Position numbers and translations under genes: made by a program. 64,000 bases of DNA from Candidatus Saccharimonadia bacterium (GTDB lineage: Bacteria > Patescibacteriota > Saccharimonadia > CAILAD01 > BJGX01), in contig JBCLLP010000001.1 in assembly GCA_039738615.1 (NCBI GenBank), positions 3,573-67,572 of the forward strand, in the 5' to 3' direction. This document shows, piece by piece, positions 1-12,245 of the stretch (position 1 is its first letter; the number at the start of each line of letters is the position of its first letter). A model generated the notes under the pieces. It ran no database searches. It saw nothing but the letters and a program-made list of their open reading frames with translations, and was not told where the DNA came from.

Positions 1-1178
<1,178 letters not shown>

Positions 1179-1507
1179 TGAAGCTTGACAATCCTAGGCA
1201 ATCTATAGGCTGTCGGTAATACCGACAATATGTCTACAAAATGTTGTTCCTGGGATAAAATCAATCTCCATAAAAGAGTTACTGACAAAAGCCAGATGAT
1301 ACTCTCTAAAAAGAGTTGTATCTTGGGTTGTCACATTTTTACTAAAATGTAACCAAAAAGAAATTAACGAGTCGTTATTTCTAGCACTATTTACTTCTCA
1401 AGATACTTTGCTCCTATGGCGCAAAATAAAATCAGCTGACATATTTGTATGTCTGCTGTTTTTATTTAAGTAGCCCGCTTTTGAATGTTGAGCAAAAGCT
1501 ATTTATA

Positions 1508-1536
1508 ATTTTACGGGGTAATTAGGGATGTGTCAA
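1508..1536 (-). promoter_or_regulatory. Candidate sigma70-type promoter upstream of the 16S rRNA
   Basis: On the minus strand, TTGACA (plus 1531-1536), a 17-nt spacer and TAAAAT (plus 1508-1513) lie about 330 nt upstream of the mature 16S 5' end. Confidence 0.45.
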
Positions 1537-1552
1537 CAGCTAATGAAAGTAG

Positions 1553-2389
1553 TTATTTCTTTCCAGCCTTCTTAAGCCAGCCCTGCTTAGAGATATTTAA
1601 AGATTCTTCGCTAAAACGAGTGGCTCTTTTGATGTTCATCCAGCGCCAAATTACAATTAATATAAAAATCACCCAAGTCGCCAGAATACTTATAGCCACC
1701 CAGCGCTGTCCATAGAGCAAGCTAGATTCCTTGGCCACAAAGCCAGCAAACACCAACACGACGCCAAGTATTACACTACCAATTATTAGGTACTTAAAAA
1801 TATAGGACGCCTTTTTATTGGCTTTTATCTTTTTAGAATAGATTATTTTGATAATTATTGGAACAATAGCAATCACTAGGCCGATAATGTAAATTATCAT
1901 AATTTGTGAGGAGCTTGGCACCGCTGAAAGCCAACTAGTAATAGGCGTAAGCTGGTCTAGGCTAAAGATGGTAGCCATCAAAGCTCCCAACAGTGCTCCT
2001 ACGATAACCTCTAGGGGCTGGTGGCCAAGAATCTCTCTAAGCTGGCTATAGTCGTCGGGCTTGCGCAAGTTTCCGTTATGCGACATCTCTGCTATCAGCT
2101 TGTTCAGGGTGCGGGCTTGCTCACCAGCACTTCTGCGAACCCCAAAGCTATCATACATCACTATCCCTGCAAGTATTGCCGTCACACCAAAAAGTGGGCT
2201 ATTAAGCCCCTGGTGGTAGAAAGCGTAGCCAGCTAGCGAGCAAACTACCGCCGAATGCGCTGATGGCATACCTCCTGAGGCGTATAAATAACGCAAATCT
2301 GTATCACCCTTCAATATTTCTATTAGCATCTTAATCCCTTGGGCTACCGCCCAAGCAATTAATGGAACATACAAATATGGTGTAACCAC
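1553..2389 (-). CDS. Divergent PAP2 (DUF212/YuiD-like) membrane protein with an extra C-terminal multi-TM region
   Basis: The GGMPSAHSA motif is typical of the divergent PAP2 family. The C-terminal half is hydrophobic with several predicted TM helices. Confidence 0.5.
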   Translation of the reverse strand: MVTPYLYVPLIAWAVAQGIKMLIEILKGDTDLRYLYASGGMPSAHSAVVCSLAGYAFYHQGLNSPLFGVTAILAGIVMYDSFGVRRSAGEQARTLNKLIAEMSHNGNLRKPDDYSQLREILGHQPLEVIVGALLGALMATIFSLDQLTPITSWLSAVPSSSQIMIIYIIGLVIAIVPIIIKIIYSKKIKANKKASYIFKYLIIGSVILGVVLVFAGFVAKESSLLYGQRWVAISILATWVIFILIVIWRWMNIKRATRFSEESLNISKQGWLKKAGKK

Positions 2390-2455
2390 AATTTAACTCT
2401 CCTCTTATTTATATTAATTTTAGCTTGCTTACTGCTGGCCGTCTACACTTTTTAA

Positions 2456-3025
2456 TTAGCTAGGCTCGAAACTAAAGACCATTCCATAGTGATAGCCCGG
2501 TAATTGTAATATTCTCTTGAATCTCATACCACAGCCATTCATTATCTTAAGCGCATCTTCCTTGGTAACCCTGTGTTCCATTTTAGGCCCTACATTAACA
2601 TCCTTAGTGTCCCAGTCAATTAGCACAACCTCACTATCGGCTTTAAGGTATTGGCCAATGGCCATACAAAAAGAATCAGGCTTAACCGTATTAGAAAGCA
2701 AATTAGTGAGTATTACGATATCAATATCACCGCTCCTAATAGTTGCTCCTACCAATAAATCAGACAGAAGCTCAAGGACTAGGTTTTGATGGTAACTTGC
2801 CAAATGAGCAAGCTTGCTAAGAGCCTCGCGATTGGGCCCAGCCACATAAACCTTGCCAGACTCCCCAACCTTATTTAGCATTGCTGGCGCAAAAAAGCCA
2901 ATTGGCATACCTAACTCTAAGATGTTATTGCCTGGCCGTATATCAAGATCTTCAACTACATTCGTGGGGTTTAAAAACTTACTGCCTGTTCTTGATCGTA
3001 GCCCCCTTGGTAATGCTTGAAGCAT
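2456..3025 (-). CDS. Putative class I SAM-dependent methyltransferase-like protein
   Basis: A glycine-rich ILELGMPIGFF segment sits where motif I is expected, and the rest has a Rossmann-like hydrophobic pattern. Assignment is tentative. Confidence 0.3.
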   Translation of the reverse strand: MLQALPRGLRSRTGSKFLNPTNVVEDLDIRPGNNILELGMPIGFFAPAMLNKVGESGKVYVAGPNREALSKLAHLASYHQNLVLELLSDLLVGATIRSGDIDIVILTNLLSNTVKPDSFCMAIGQYLKADSEVVLIDWDTKDVNVGPKMEHRVTKEDALKIMNGCGMRFKRILQLPGYHYGMVFSFEPS

Positions 3026-3090
3026 TTTAGTGCCTTTCTTTAATTTAATATCATCATACTATATATGCCGGCTTGCTAGCAAAGCTAATG

Positions 3091-5643
3091 CTACGCATCA
3101 TTCTTGGGCGGAGATTCCACTTTTGTCTCATCAATTGGTTCTTCTTCAATTTCCTTAGGTAAAAGTGCAATAGAGGCAATACGGTCATCGTTAGCCATTC
3201 GCATTATCCTAACTCCCTGCGTAGATCTACCTATTACTGGGATGCCACTAAGCCTAAGCCTAATTACTTGGCCTTGTTTGGATATTATCAGTACATCACC
3301 TTCTTTACCCTGGATAATCCTAACATCCACGGCCTTACCGGTCTTGGCAGTAACAACGCCAGCCTTAATACCTACACCACCACGATTATGCGGAGCAAAT
3401 AAATTGCTCTTGGTAATCTTACCGTAGCCATTCTCCATAATTACCAGCATCAACATGTCTTCACCACTAATCACATCCATACCTACCACCTTATCGTCCT
3501 TGCGTAGCCTAATGCCCCTAACGCCTCTAGTAGCGCGCCCCATTGGTCTGGCGTCCTTCTCCATAAATCTTATAGCCTGGGCCATAGAGGTAGAGATAAT
3601 AATATGGTCATCTCCTGTGGTCTTCTTGACCCAGCTGAGCTTATCTCCACTATCAAGCTTGATAGCTACAATTCCACTTTGGCGGATATTATTAAAGTCT
3701 GCTATAGCGGTCTTTTTGACTGTGCCGTTGGTGGTAGTCATAAACAAATATTTAGCTGGGTCGTCATTAGAGATGGTCACAAGCGAAGTAACACTCTCCT
3801 CTGGACTTAGGCTTAAAACATTCATTATAGACTGCCCCTTTGCAATTCTACTGGCTGGGGGTATTTCATAACCCTTAAGCTTAAAGACTCTGCCTAGAGT
3901 AGTAAAGAATAAGATGGTATCGTGAGTTAGCGCCTGAACGACATGCTCCACCACATCTTCTTCCTTAGTAGCCATGCCCATCTTGCCCTTACCTCCACGC
4001 CCCTGCGAACGGTATTCGTTGGCAACAATACGCTTAATATAATTACCTTTTGTGAGGGTTATAACGACTTCTTCGTTTGGTATTAAATCTTCATCACTAA
4101 AGTTTCCAATAGCTTTTTTAATAATTTGGGTTCGCCTTTTATCACCGTACTTTTCTTTAATCTCTTCTAGCTCTTGGCGAATAACTTTTAGAATATTAGC
4201 TTCGTCACCAAGAATTATTTCTAATTCCTTAATTAGCTTTAATAGAGCACTGTACTCGTCTTCTATCTTTTGGCGCTCTAGCCCAGCTAGGGTGCGTAAT
4301 TGCATCGCCAATATGGCATTGGCTTGAATTTCGGTAAGCTTGAAGTCAGTAATAAGATTTTGGCGTGCTTCGTCCTGAGTGTTGGACTTACGAATAGTAG
4401 CTATTACCTTGTCAATTTGATCAAGTGCTATTCTTAAGCCCTCTAGAATATGCACTCGATCCTTAGCCTTTTGTAGTTCAAACTCAGTGCGTCGCCTAAC
4501 TGTTACCTTGCGATGATCTAGGTAGTAGCGCAAAACCATTTCTAGATTTAAAATGCGTGGCTGAATACCATCTACGAGTGCTAGCATATTGACATGGAAG
4601 GCGGTCTGCATAGGTGTTAGTTTGTAGAGCTGATTGAGGATTTTATTGGCGTAGGCGTCTTTCTTGAGCTCTATCACCACTCGAACTTCTCCCTTGGCAG
4701 ACTCGTCGCGCAAGTCCGAGATACCAACTATCCGCTTGCCTTTTACTAAATCAGCTATCTTCTCTACTAAGCTAGCTTTATTGGTCTGATAAGGAACTTC
4801 TGTAATTATTATTTGTTCGCGTCCTTTGGCATCTTCCTCAATAGTAGCTACGGCGCGCATAGTTATACTTCCTCGCCCCGTTCCATAGGCCTGAGCAATA
4901 CTACCATCGTCAAATATTATTCCACCAGTAGGGAAGTCTGGGCCCTTAATAATTTTTGTTAGGTCAGCAATTGTGGCTTCGGGATTATCAATAATACATA
5001 TTACTCCATCTATAACTTCTGTAATATTATGAGTTGGTATATTGGTGGCCATACCAACGGCAATACCCTGTACTCCATTAAGTAAAAGATTAGGAACCTG
5101 GGCTGGGAGCACCTTGGGTTCGCGCTGTGAGCCGTCATAGTTAGGCCTAAAATCAACGGTGTTCTTATCTATATCAACAAGCATTTCTTCGGAGAATTTA
5201 GTCATCTTGGCCTCAGTATATCGCATAGCAGCAGCTCCATCTCCGTCCATACTTCCAAAGTTACCTTGGCCGTCTACCAACTGATAGCGCATACTAAAAT
5301 TCTGGGCCATACGCACCATAGAATCATAGATGGCAACATCACCATGGGGATGGTACTTACCAATTACCTCACCCACTACGGTCGCCGACTTACGATATTT
5401 GCCAGACGGGCGAAGCCCTAGAGTATGCATGGAGTAGAGTATTCTGCGGTGCACTGGCTTAAGGCCATCGCGGACATCTGGAAGTGCGCGAGACACAATT
5501 ACACTCATAGCATAGTCCAAATAGCTTTGTTCCATTTCCGACTCGACGGTCTTGGGTACTACTAGGCCAAATTCAGTTTTCTGTGGCTTATAGTTGGTGT
5601 TGTCAAACTCTTCAATTGGTTGTTGGTTGGTTGTGTCTTTCAT
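3091..5643 (-). CDS. gyrA: DNA gyrase subunit A
   Basis: The N-terminal [11 protein letters not shown] block and the AAAMRYTE active-site region are present. The 850-aa length and position directly downstream of gyrB fit GyrA. Confidence 0.95.
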   Translation of the reverse strand: MKDTTNQQPIEEFDNTNYKPQKTEFGLVVPKTVESEMEQSYLDYAMSVIVSRALPDVRDGLKPVHRRILYSMHTLGLRPSGKYRKSATVVGEVIGKYHPHGDVAIYDSMVRMAQNFSMRYQLVDGQGNFGSMDGDGAAAMRYTEAKMTKFSEEMLVDIDKNTVDFRPNYDGSQREPKVLPAQVPNLLLNGVQGIAVGMATNIPTHNITEVIDGVICIIDNPEATIADLTKIIKGPDFPTGGIIFDDGSIAQAYGTGRGSITMRAVATIEEDAKGREQIIITEVPYQTNKASLVEKIADLVKGKRIVGISDLRDESAKGEVRVVIELKKDAYANKILNQLYKLTPMQTAFHVNMLALVDGIQPRILNLEMVLRYYLDHRKVTVRRRTEFELQKAKDRVHILEGLRIALDQIDKVIATIRKSNTQDEARQNLITDFKLTEIQANAILAMQLRTLAGLERQKIEDEYSALLKLIKELEIILGDEANILKVIRQELEEIKEKYGDKRRTQIIKKAIGNFSDEDLIPNEEVVITLTKGNYIKRIVANEYRSQGRGGKGKMGMATKEEDVVEHVVQALTHDTILFFTTLGRVFKLKGYEIPPASRIAKGQSIMNVLSLSPEESVTSLVTISNDDPAKYLFMTTTNGTVKKTAIADFNNIRQSGIVAIKLDSGDKLSWVKKTTGDDHIIISTSMAQAIRFMEKDARPMGRATRGVRGIRLRKDDKVVGMDVISGEDMLMLVIMENGYGKITKSNLFAPHNRGGVGIKAGVVTAKTGKAVDVRIIQGKEGDVLIISKQGQVIRLRLSGIPVIGRSTQGVRIMRMANDDRIASIALLPKEIEEEPIDETKVESPPKNDA

Positions 5644-5651
5644 ATTGGTCC

Positions 5652-7718
5652 TTATATATCCAAGTTACTTACGCTCTTGGCGTGAGTCTTAATGAAGTTC
5701 TTGCGGGGTGCTACTTCCTCGCCCATAAGCTTATTAAATATAGCATCGGCCTTCTCGGCATCTTCTACGGTCACCTTTAATAATATTCTATTAGCTGGGT
5801 CCATAGTGGTCTCCCAGAGTTGATCGGCGTTCATTTCGCCCAGTCCTTTATAGCGCTGGATATTAATGCCGGCCTTTTTCAGTGGATTTTCAAATGATTC
5901 ATCCTCGTTTTCATTTTCTGCACCAGTTACTTCCTCAGCTAGCCTTGCTAAGTCCTGGGCAGTTTCAACCTTAGTTTTTGCTGAGCTTGTCTTGGATAGC
6001 TTCTTGGTCTTTTCACCGGCTGACTCCTGAATTGAAGCCATAATATCACTTATCGCTTGATCGCGCTCTTTATCGGAATAGGCGTAGCTTGAGCTTTTGC
6101 CCTTAGACACCTTAAATAGCGGTGGCTGGGCAATATATATATGTCCGCCATTTACTAACTCTGGGAAGTGCCTGAAGAACAATGTCAAAAGCAATGTCCT
6201 AATGTGCGCACCATCAACATCAGCATCGGTCATTATGATAATTCTATTATAGCGCAGTCTGGCTATATCAAAGGTTTCGCCAATACCCGTGCCTAGGGCA
6301 ATTATAAGGTTCTTGACTTCATTGTTTGCTAGCATCTTATCAAGCCTAGCCCTCTCGACATTGAGTATTTTGCCACGCAGCGGCAAAATGGCCTGGAAGT
6401 TTCTATCCCTACCTTGCTTGGCTGAGCCTCCAGCAGAGTCACCCTCTACGATATACACTTCACTTTTGGTCATATCCTTACTACTACAGTCCGCTAACTT
6501 GCCAGGAAGTGTCATCCCCTCCAGCGCGCCCTTGCGAATTACGCTATCGCGGGCTGCCCGAGCTGCTAGTCTGGCCCTGGAACTAAGCACGCCTTTTCCA
6601 ATAATTTTTCTGGACTCTGTGGGATTTTCTTCAAGGTAATAGCTAAAGTACTCATTAAGAACCTTCTCGACTATATTGCGGATTTCAGGATTACCTAGCT
6701 TGGCCTTGGTCTGACCCTCAAACTGCGGATCAACTAACTTAATAGACACAATGCCCGTCAAGCCTTCACGAACATCATCGCCGGTGAGGTTTTCTTCTTT
6801 TTCCTTAATGAGTCCGTTTTTGCGGGCATATTCGTTAATAACTCGGGTTAGGGCAGCCCTAAAACCTACCGCATGAGTTCCGCCTTCGGGGTTATATATG
6901 TTATTAGCAAAGGCTCGGAGTTGTTCATTGAAGCTATTGCAATACGCAATAGCAATCTCAACAATGACATCATCAACTTTCTTTTCGACATAGAAGGTGG
7001 GGACATTGAGTACTTCCTTGCCTTTATTAAGGTGCTCTACATAACTTTTAATTCCACCTTCAAAATAAAAGCCATAGCTGTGCTTGAACCGTTCATCAAG
7101 AATATTAACGTATACGCCCTTAGTTAAATATGCCTGGTGGCGCAAATAGTCTACCACTGTCTTATAACTATACTTGGTGCTCTCAAATATCTCGTCGTTG
7201 GCCTTGAAGCTAATGGATGTTCCGCGTTTCTCAGTCTTGCTGACTTTTTTAATATTAGTTAGAGGAACGCCACTTTTATAATTTTGCTCGTACTGGTATC
7301 CGTCTTTCCAGACGGTTGCCTTTAAGTCGGTAGATAGAGCATTAACCACGCTAATACCCACACCATGCAGCCCACCGGAAACCTTGTATCCCCCGCCCCC
7401 AAATTTTCCACCAGAGTGTAATATTGTTAGGACAGTTTCTAGTGCGGATTTACCAGTAGTCTTATGCTTATCTACGGGGATGCCACGCCCGTCATCAGTC
7501 ACTGTCACCCAGCCATTTTGATGTAATACAACTTCTACTCTGGTAGCCTCACCTGCCAAGGCCTCATCAATAGAGTTATTCACAATCTCCCATACCAAAT
7601 GATGAAGGCCCTCTATCCCAGTGCCGCCAATATACATTCCGGGACGCTTACGGACTGGCTCTAGTCCCTCCAGTACTTGGATTTGATCTGCATTATATTT
7701 TTGCTTATTTTCAGTCAT
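5652..7718 (-). CDS. gyrB: DNA gyrase subunit B
   Basis: GHKL ATPase motifs ([24 protein letters not shown]), a TOPRIM region (EGDSAGG) and a C-terminal GyrA-interaction region are present. Confidence 0.95.
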   Translation of the reverse strand: MTENKQKYNADQIQVLEGLEPVRKRPGMYIGGTGIEGLHHLVWEIVNNSIDEALAGEATRVEVVLHQNGWVTVTDDGRGIPVDKHKTTGKSALETVLTILHSGGKFGGGGYKVSGGLHGVGISVVNALSTDLKATVWKDGYQYEQNYKSGVPLTNIKKVSKTEKRGTSISFKANDEIFESTKYSYKTVVDYLRHQAYLTKGVYVNILDERFKHSYGFYFEGGIKSYVEHLNKGKEVLNVPTFYVEKKVDDVIVEIAIAYCNSFNEQLRAFANNIYNPEGGTHAVGFRAALTRVINEYARKNGLIKEKEENLTGDDVREGLTGIVSIKLVDPQFEGQTKAKLGNPEIRNIVEKVLNEYFSYYLEENPTESRKIIGKGVLSSRARLAARAARDSVIRKGALEGMTLPGKLADCSSKDMTKSEVYIVEGDSAGGSAKQGRDRNFQAILPLRGKILNVERARLDKMLANNEVKNLIIALGTGIGETFDIARLRYNRIIIMTDADVDGAHIRTLLLTLFFRHFPELVNGGHIYIAQPPLFKVSKGKSSSYAYSDKERDQAISDIMASIQESAGEKTKKLSKTSSAKTKVETAQDLARLAEEVTGAENENEDESFENPLKKAGINIQRYKGLGEMNADQLWETTMDPANRILLKVTVEDAEKADAIFNKLMGEEVAPRKNFIKTHAKSVSNLDI

Positions 7719-7851
7719 ACGCTACTTCATTTCCTTAGCTTAGATTAAAATAAATAATAAGCCCACATTAGCTTATATATAATCCTATTATAGGGGATTA
7801 GCCAATTGCAAGCAATCTAATTATAGCCAGTGGCTAGATAATAGCTTTCGG

Positions 7852-10287
7852 CTAGATGCCTAGGCTTTTTTTAATCTCTTCGGCTACCTCGGCTTTTGGC
7901 TTGGCATACCTAGACCTACTCAACTCTTTCATTTGGGCCAATATCTCGGGCTTTGATACACCCAATGGTGGCATTATTTCTTTCATAGAAAATGGCACGG
8001 TGGGGGTACCTTTTGCAATAATCTTGGTGGCGGCATAATGGTTTTGAATATTTGATAAGTCTGAGGCGTCAAAGGCCGGCGCAAATTGTTTTACCAAATA
8101 TTCGGCATCGTCAGGACCAACCCTAAAGGCAATAGTAGAGCCAACATTACCAAATACTGAATCTCTAACCTTCTCGTCTAATTGAGATATAAATTGATTA
8201 GCCATAATCAGACTTAAATGGTATTTTCTAGCCTCTGATAAGATTGTAGCTATGGAGTCAGTAGAGTAATTTTGGAACTCATCTATATAGAGGCTAAAAT
8301 CACGGCGTTCTGACTCTGGGACATCAGCCCTACTCATAGCAGCTATCTGGAATTTAATAATAAAAATAATACCCAAAAGCTGCGAGTTAATATCCCCAAG
8401 TAAACCCTTAGACAGATTAATAAATAGTATCTTGCCGTCATCCATCATCTCTCTTAGGTCAAATGCTGATTTCTTTTGGCCTACTATATTGCGCATAATC
8501 TCATTGTTTGCAAAGGCCCCAAACTTAGACACGAACCACCCAAGCATCTCGGACTTGGAGTGCTGATCAGTCTGAGCCATCTCACCAGTCCAGAAGTCTT
8601 GAATAACAGGGTCCGTGACATGCTTAAATTTCTTTTTCAGATATTCATCATCGGTAAATACCTTGGGAATCTCAATAAAAGTTCCACCCTCAGGATCAGC
8701 CATTACGGTAAGTGCGGCGTTCCTAAACCACGCCTCAAACCTAGGCCCCATAAAACCCTGTCTGTTCGGGTCATAGATTTTATAAAGCATAGATATAGCC
8801 TCCTGGACCAAGAAGTCTTTTTGCTCAGGATGCTTGGGGTCAAACTCCATAATATTCCAACCCATCGGGAAGTCTGCGTCTCCAGGGTTAAAATAAACCA
8901 CATCCTTGGCTCTCTCTGGCGGGACCTTGGCCATAAGCCTTTCGGCAGTATCGCCATGTGGGTCAATCAAGGCAACCCCCTTGCCGGCGTATATATCCTG
9001 GATAATGCAATTTTCTAAAAACACCGACTTACCCGTTCCTGTCTGCCCTATAACATAGATATGTCTGCGCCTATCATCGTCTGATAGCCGTATAATCTCT
9101 TCTCGTCCTTGGTAAAAGTTAGTGCCCAGTATCATACCTTCATCGCTCATACCAGCTGGGGCAGCCACCTCCCTCATACCTTTTCTTTCTACTTGTGCGG
9201 TAATATTAATATTCTCACTAGGCAAATGAAAAATTGTGGCCAGCTCAACTGAGTTTAATACATCCTTACGCCTATTGACAGGGAAGTACCTAAAGATAAA
9301 GTCTGTAGCTAACTTCTCTACATCATCTGCTGATTTAAACTTAAATGAATTAGAATTATTAAGATCTAGCTGGGCAAAGCCAAGCTTAAAACTATCAATA
9401 ATGGTATTGGACTCATTAGCTGATGTTGTGCTAGCTATAACACGAATGATAGTCTCAAATACCGGATGCTTAGATTTCTCCTCAAGTAATTCAATCTTTT
9501 TCTGATCAATAAGATTTAGCTGTTTATCGCCCTTTTCGTCTGGGTTCTTGCTGTCTGTGCCCTTGAATGGGGCCTTTGCTACATCCGAAGCTAGGGCTAT
9601 ATACTTATCAGCACCCTCCTTCTTGTCGGGGTTAATAATGCTTTTAGACTGTGCTCTGGATTGCTTAATCCATTTAGGGTCAGCTGGCCTAACCAGAATC
9701 TGTATGGCAGCCCCCTGATCATCCGCTAGATTAGAAAGGCTAGATAATAAACCTGCAAAAGCGTCCTGCTGGCTCATCTGAAAATTATTAATTGGGTAAA
9801 AACTCGACTTGCTAAGTACAAATTCTCCACCACTTACTCCTGCTATCCTACCCTCCTTAGAGAAGAAGTTAACATCTTCCGATTGCTCCATTTGAACCCC
9901 TGGATAGCTAGAGGTCAGTGCTTTTTTGATTGCAACTAGCAAACTTGCAGGCACAGCTACATAGAAAAGTATTTGCTTGCCTATTGCAACTGCCTCAAAG
10001 CTTATATACCGCTGGCCATAAAGCCGTGACTTCTTAGAAGACATTCCTGAGAGTGACCTGAATATGCCTTCTGCTAAGGATATATTTTCTTTAATTGCTT
10101 CCCTGCTATCCCTACCTTCTGCTGTAGCTTCTTGAGGGGGGAGCTTAATAATTAAAGGTATAAGCTTGAGACTTCTCTCGACTGATTTAGATTTTCGTAA
10201 TTTATTGACATGAACCCAAGCCCCAGCTCCTACACCGGCCATAGCAATCAATGATAATATAATTACGATTAGTAGCAATATGTCCAT
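7852..10287 (-). CDS. Membrane-anchored P-loop ATPase of the VirD4/TraG/TraD type IV coupling-protein family (tentative)
   Basis: There is an N-terminal TM helix. Walker A is GQTGTGKS, followed by IDPHGD, which resembles the T4CP IDPKGE block. Walker B is LYIDEF. No other T4SS genes lie nearby. Confidence 0.45.
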   Translation of the reverse strand: MDILLLIVIILSLIAMAGVGAGAWVHVNKLRKSKSVERSLKLIPLIIKLPPQEATAEGRDSREAIKENISLAEGIFRSLSGMSSKKSRLYGQRYISFEAVAIGKQILFYVAVPASLLVAIKKALTSSYPGVQMEQSEDVNFFSKEGRIAGVSGGEFVLSKSSFYPINNFQMSQQDAFAGLLSSLSNLADDQGAAIQILVRPADPKWIKQSRAQSKSIINPDKKEGADKYIALASDVAKAPFKGTDSKNPDEKGDKQLNLIDQKKIELLEEKSKHPVFETIIRVIASTTSANESNTIIDSFKLGFAQLDLNNSNSFKFKSADDVEKLATDFIFRYFPVNRRKDVLNSVELATIFHLPSENINITAQVERKGMREVAAPAGMSDEGMILGTNFYQGREEIIRLSDDDRRRHIYVIGQTGTGKSVFLENCIIQDIYAGKGVALIDPHGDTAERLMAKVPPERAKDVVYFNPGDADFPMGWNIMEFDPKHPEQKDFLVQEAISMLYKIYDPNRQGFMGPRFEAWFRNAALTVMADPEGGTFIEIPKVFTDDEYLKKKFKHVTDPVIQDFWTGEMAQTDQHSKSEMLGWFVSKFGAFANNEIMRNIVGQKKSAFDLREMMDDGKILFINLSKGLLGDINSQLLGIIFIIKFQIAAMSRADVPESERRDFSLYIDEFQNYSTDSIATILSEARKYHLSLIMANQFISQLDEKVRDSVFGNVGSTIAFRVGPDDAEYLVKQFAPAFDASDLSNIQNHYAATKIIAKGTPTVPFSMKEIMPPLGVSKPEILAQMKELSRSRYAKPKAEVAEEIKKSLGI

Positions 10288-10296
10288 AGCTATTTT

Positions 10297-10689
10297 CTAT
10301 TTAACATCAAGATTAAATCTTTTCTTAAGATACGCTCGGCTTAAGGCATGTTGACCTTCATCCTCAAAATAAGGGTCGCTGCTGGTTGTACTAACTATTT
10401 TATCAGCCTCATCTACCCAAGCTTTCTCTATTTTATCTGTATCCTCGGCAGGCAACTGGGCTAGCTGGGTATTATAACTTGTAGCAGCATCTGGGGTTGC
10501 TATTATATTAGGGCTAGCTGGGGCCTCTACAATTGATTGTGGGGGGGCAACTACGGTTGGTTTTAAACCTCCCGAACTAGTTGGCTGCTCCGGGTTATTA
10601 CCAGCTTCTAAGCTAATACTGCTCTGCTCAGCTGCACCAACAGACGGGGTAATATTAACATTGACTGGTTGTTTTGAATCTGACTGCAT
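10297..10689 (-). CDS. Hypothetical low-complexity protein, rich in Pro, Ser, Ala and Thr
   Basis: ORF only; it is tightly spaced between the ATPase and the L,D-transpeptidase genes. Confidence 0.35.
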   Translation of the reverse strand: MQSDSKQPVNVNITPSVGAAEQSSISLEAGNNPEQPTSSGGLKPTVVAPPQSIVEAPASPNIIATPDAATSYNTQLAQLPAEDTDKIEKAWVDEADKIVSTTSSDPYFEDEGQHALSRAYLKKRFNLDVK

Positions 10690-10740
10690 CGCTCTATTAT
10701 AGCAGTTATGCTTATCATCATCTAGCTATCTTTGCGTGGG

Positions 10741-12210
10741 CTAATTATGAATCCATACCGGCGTGCCAATATCTGCCCATCCAAACAGAAATGCCGCTGA
10801 AGCCTTTGGCATATTTACACACCCATGGCTACCACCGTAATAATAGTCTTGGCCTCCAAAAGCACTACGCCAATCAGCATCGTGAAGGCCGTACCCAGCA
10901 TAGAATGGCATCCAATAATCTACATATACATTATAGTCCCAGCCATATGGACGCCCATTAAGATATCTGCTCCTTTCCTTGGCATAGATACTAAATAATC
11001 CAGTAACTGTAGGGAAGCCGGCTCCCGTAGCGCCACTAGTAATGGGCGTGGAGAATATTACTTGATTATCCTGATAGGCCCATAGTGTTTGACTAGATAT
11101 ATTGATTTCAATGTATCGCCCATAATCTAGTGTTACGGACCTATTGGTCTCAGTAATAAAAGCTATATCATACGAGCTAACCGTTATAGAAGAATTACCT
11201 TTTTGGAGACTACTATATATCTCACCTGCGGCCTTAGCCTGATCAATAGCCTTACCTACCTGCCCCTCGCGCTCAACAGATGAAACGCCATTTTTGATGT
11301 TTATTTTTTTATTTATTGGTGCCTCATCTACTTGGTTTGCGATGGTCTGCAGGTAGCCCATAATTTGCTCCCGTGACAAATCTACATTAAGTATTATGCT
11401 ACCATTTTGACTCTTGGCTTCATTAAATACTAGCCAGTGACCCCTGGTGCTCCTATCTGGTAAATAGACTTTGCCATCATAATTAAGAGATACTGTGTAG
11501 TCTAATATTCTTATGGCTTTCTGCTTTGCAGTGCCGAGGTCTATAGCCCTCAATGGAGCTTTGATGTTCTTTGGCTCTAGTAAAAAATTCTGATCCTTAC
11601 CATCTCCCAATGAACTCTCGATGAGCCTGTTAAGGATTTCTTCATCAATCTTTAGTCCATCCTTATCAGAATATATCTCAACATTACCATCCTTAACACT
11701 AAGTCCTGCATTGACAGGATTACTTCCAACAGAATTAACTACTCTAGAAGTAAAGGCTTTTAGCTCTCGGCTATCTACCCTATAGGTATAGCCAAGCTGG
11801 CCTCTTTTGAATGAATCAAGAAAGCCCAACACCGATAGCGGAGAGTTATGGCCTACCTTATAAGCCATCTCTAGAGTAGCATCTAAGTCGTACTTGGCTC
11901 CTAGCTCACTGCTGTTGGTCTCAAAGGTTTTATCGCCAACCTTAACCGTAAAGCTTCTTTCTGTCTTGATGCTTTTAAGAATTTCCCTGGCTTGATTGCG
12001 GGTCTTGAAGCTAAGGTCATGACCAGATACCGACACTCCTGGGAATATTACTCCTTCAGTAAGTGTTGATATAAGCAAATTTGACGTCACAAAAACTATC
12101 ATAATTCCCATAAAAATAAACCATAACCTTGCGCGAAAGCTAGGGCGCTCGCCAGACTTAGATAGCATGGGAGGTAAACTCAAAAAATGAGAGTGGGGTG
12201 GCTTATTCAT
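10741..12210 (-). CDS. L,D-transpeptidase (YkuD) family protein with an N-terminal TM anchor
   Basis: The C-terminus has YGLHDADW followed by GGSHGCVNM, which is the YkuD catalytic His/Cys signature. An N-terminal hydrophobic anchor is present. Confidence 0.7.
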   Translation of the reverse strand: MNKPPHSHFLSLPPMLSKSGERPSFRARLWFIFMGIMIVFVTSNLLISTLTEGVIFPGVSVSGHDLSFKTRNQAREILKSIKTERSFTVKVGDKTFETNSSELGAKYDLDATLEMAYKVGHNSPLSVLGFLDSFKRGQLGYTYRVDSRELKAFTSRVVNSVGSNPVNAGLSVKDGNVEIYSDKDGLKIDEEILNRLIESSLGDGKDQNFLLEPKNIKAPLRAIDLGTAKQKAIRILDYTVSLNYDGKVYLPDRSTRGHWLVFNEAKSQNGSIILNVDLSREQIMGYLQTIANQVDEAPINKKINIKNGVSSVEREGQVGKAIDQAKAAGEIYSSLQKGNSSITVSSYDIAFITETNRSVTLDYGRYIEINISSQTLWAYQDNQVIFSTPITSGATGAGFPTVTGLFSIYAKERSRYLNGRPYGWDYNVYVDYWMPFYAGYGLHDADWRSAFGGQDYYYGGSHGCVNMPKASAAFLFGWADIGTPVWIHN

Positions 12211-12245
12211 CTAATACTAGTATAACTTAAAAAAGGTGATATTTA

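Noticed and set aside
1530-1715. 61-aa plus-strand ORF starting in the rRNA promoter region
   Set aside because: It overlaps the 3' end of the DUF212-like gene in antisense and the putative rRNA promoter. It has no supporting features.
8476-9018. 180-aa plus-strand ORF
   Set aside because: It is fully embedded in antisense within the 811-aa ATPase gene, which has clear Walker motifs. It is an antisense artefact.
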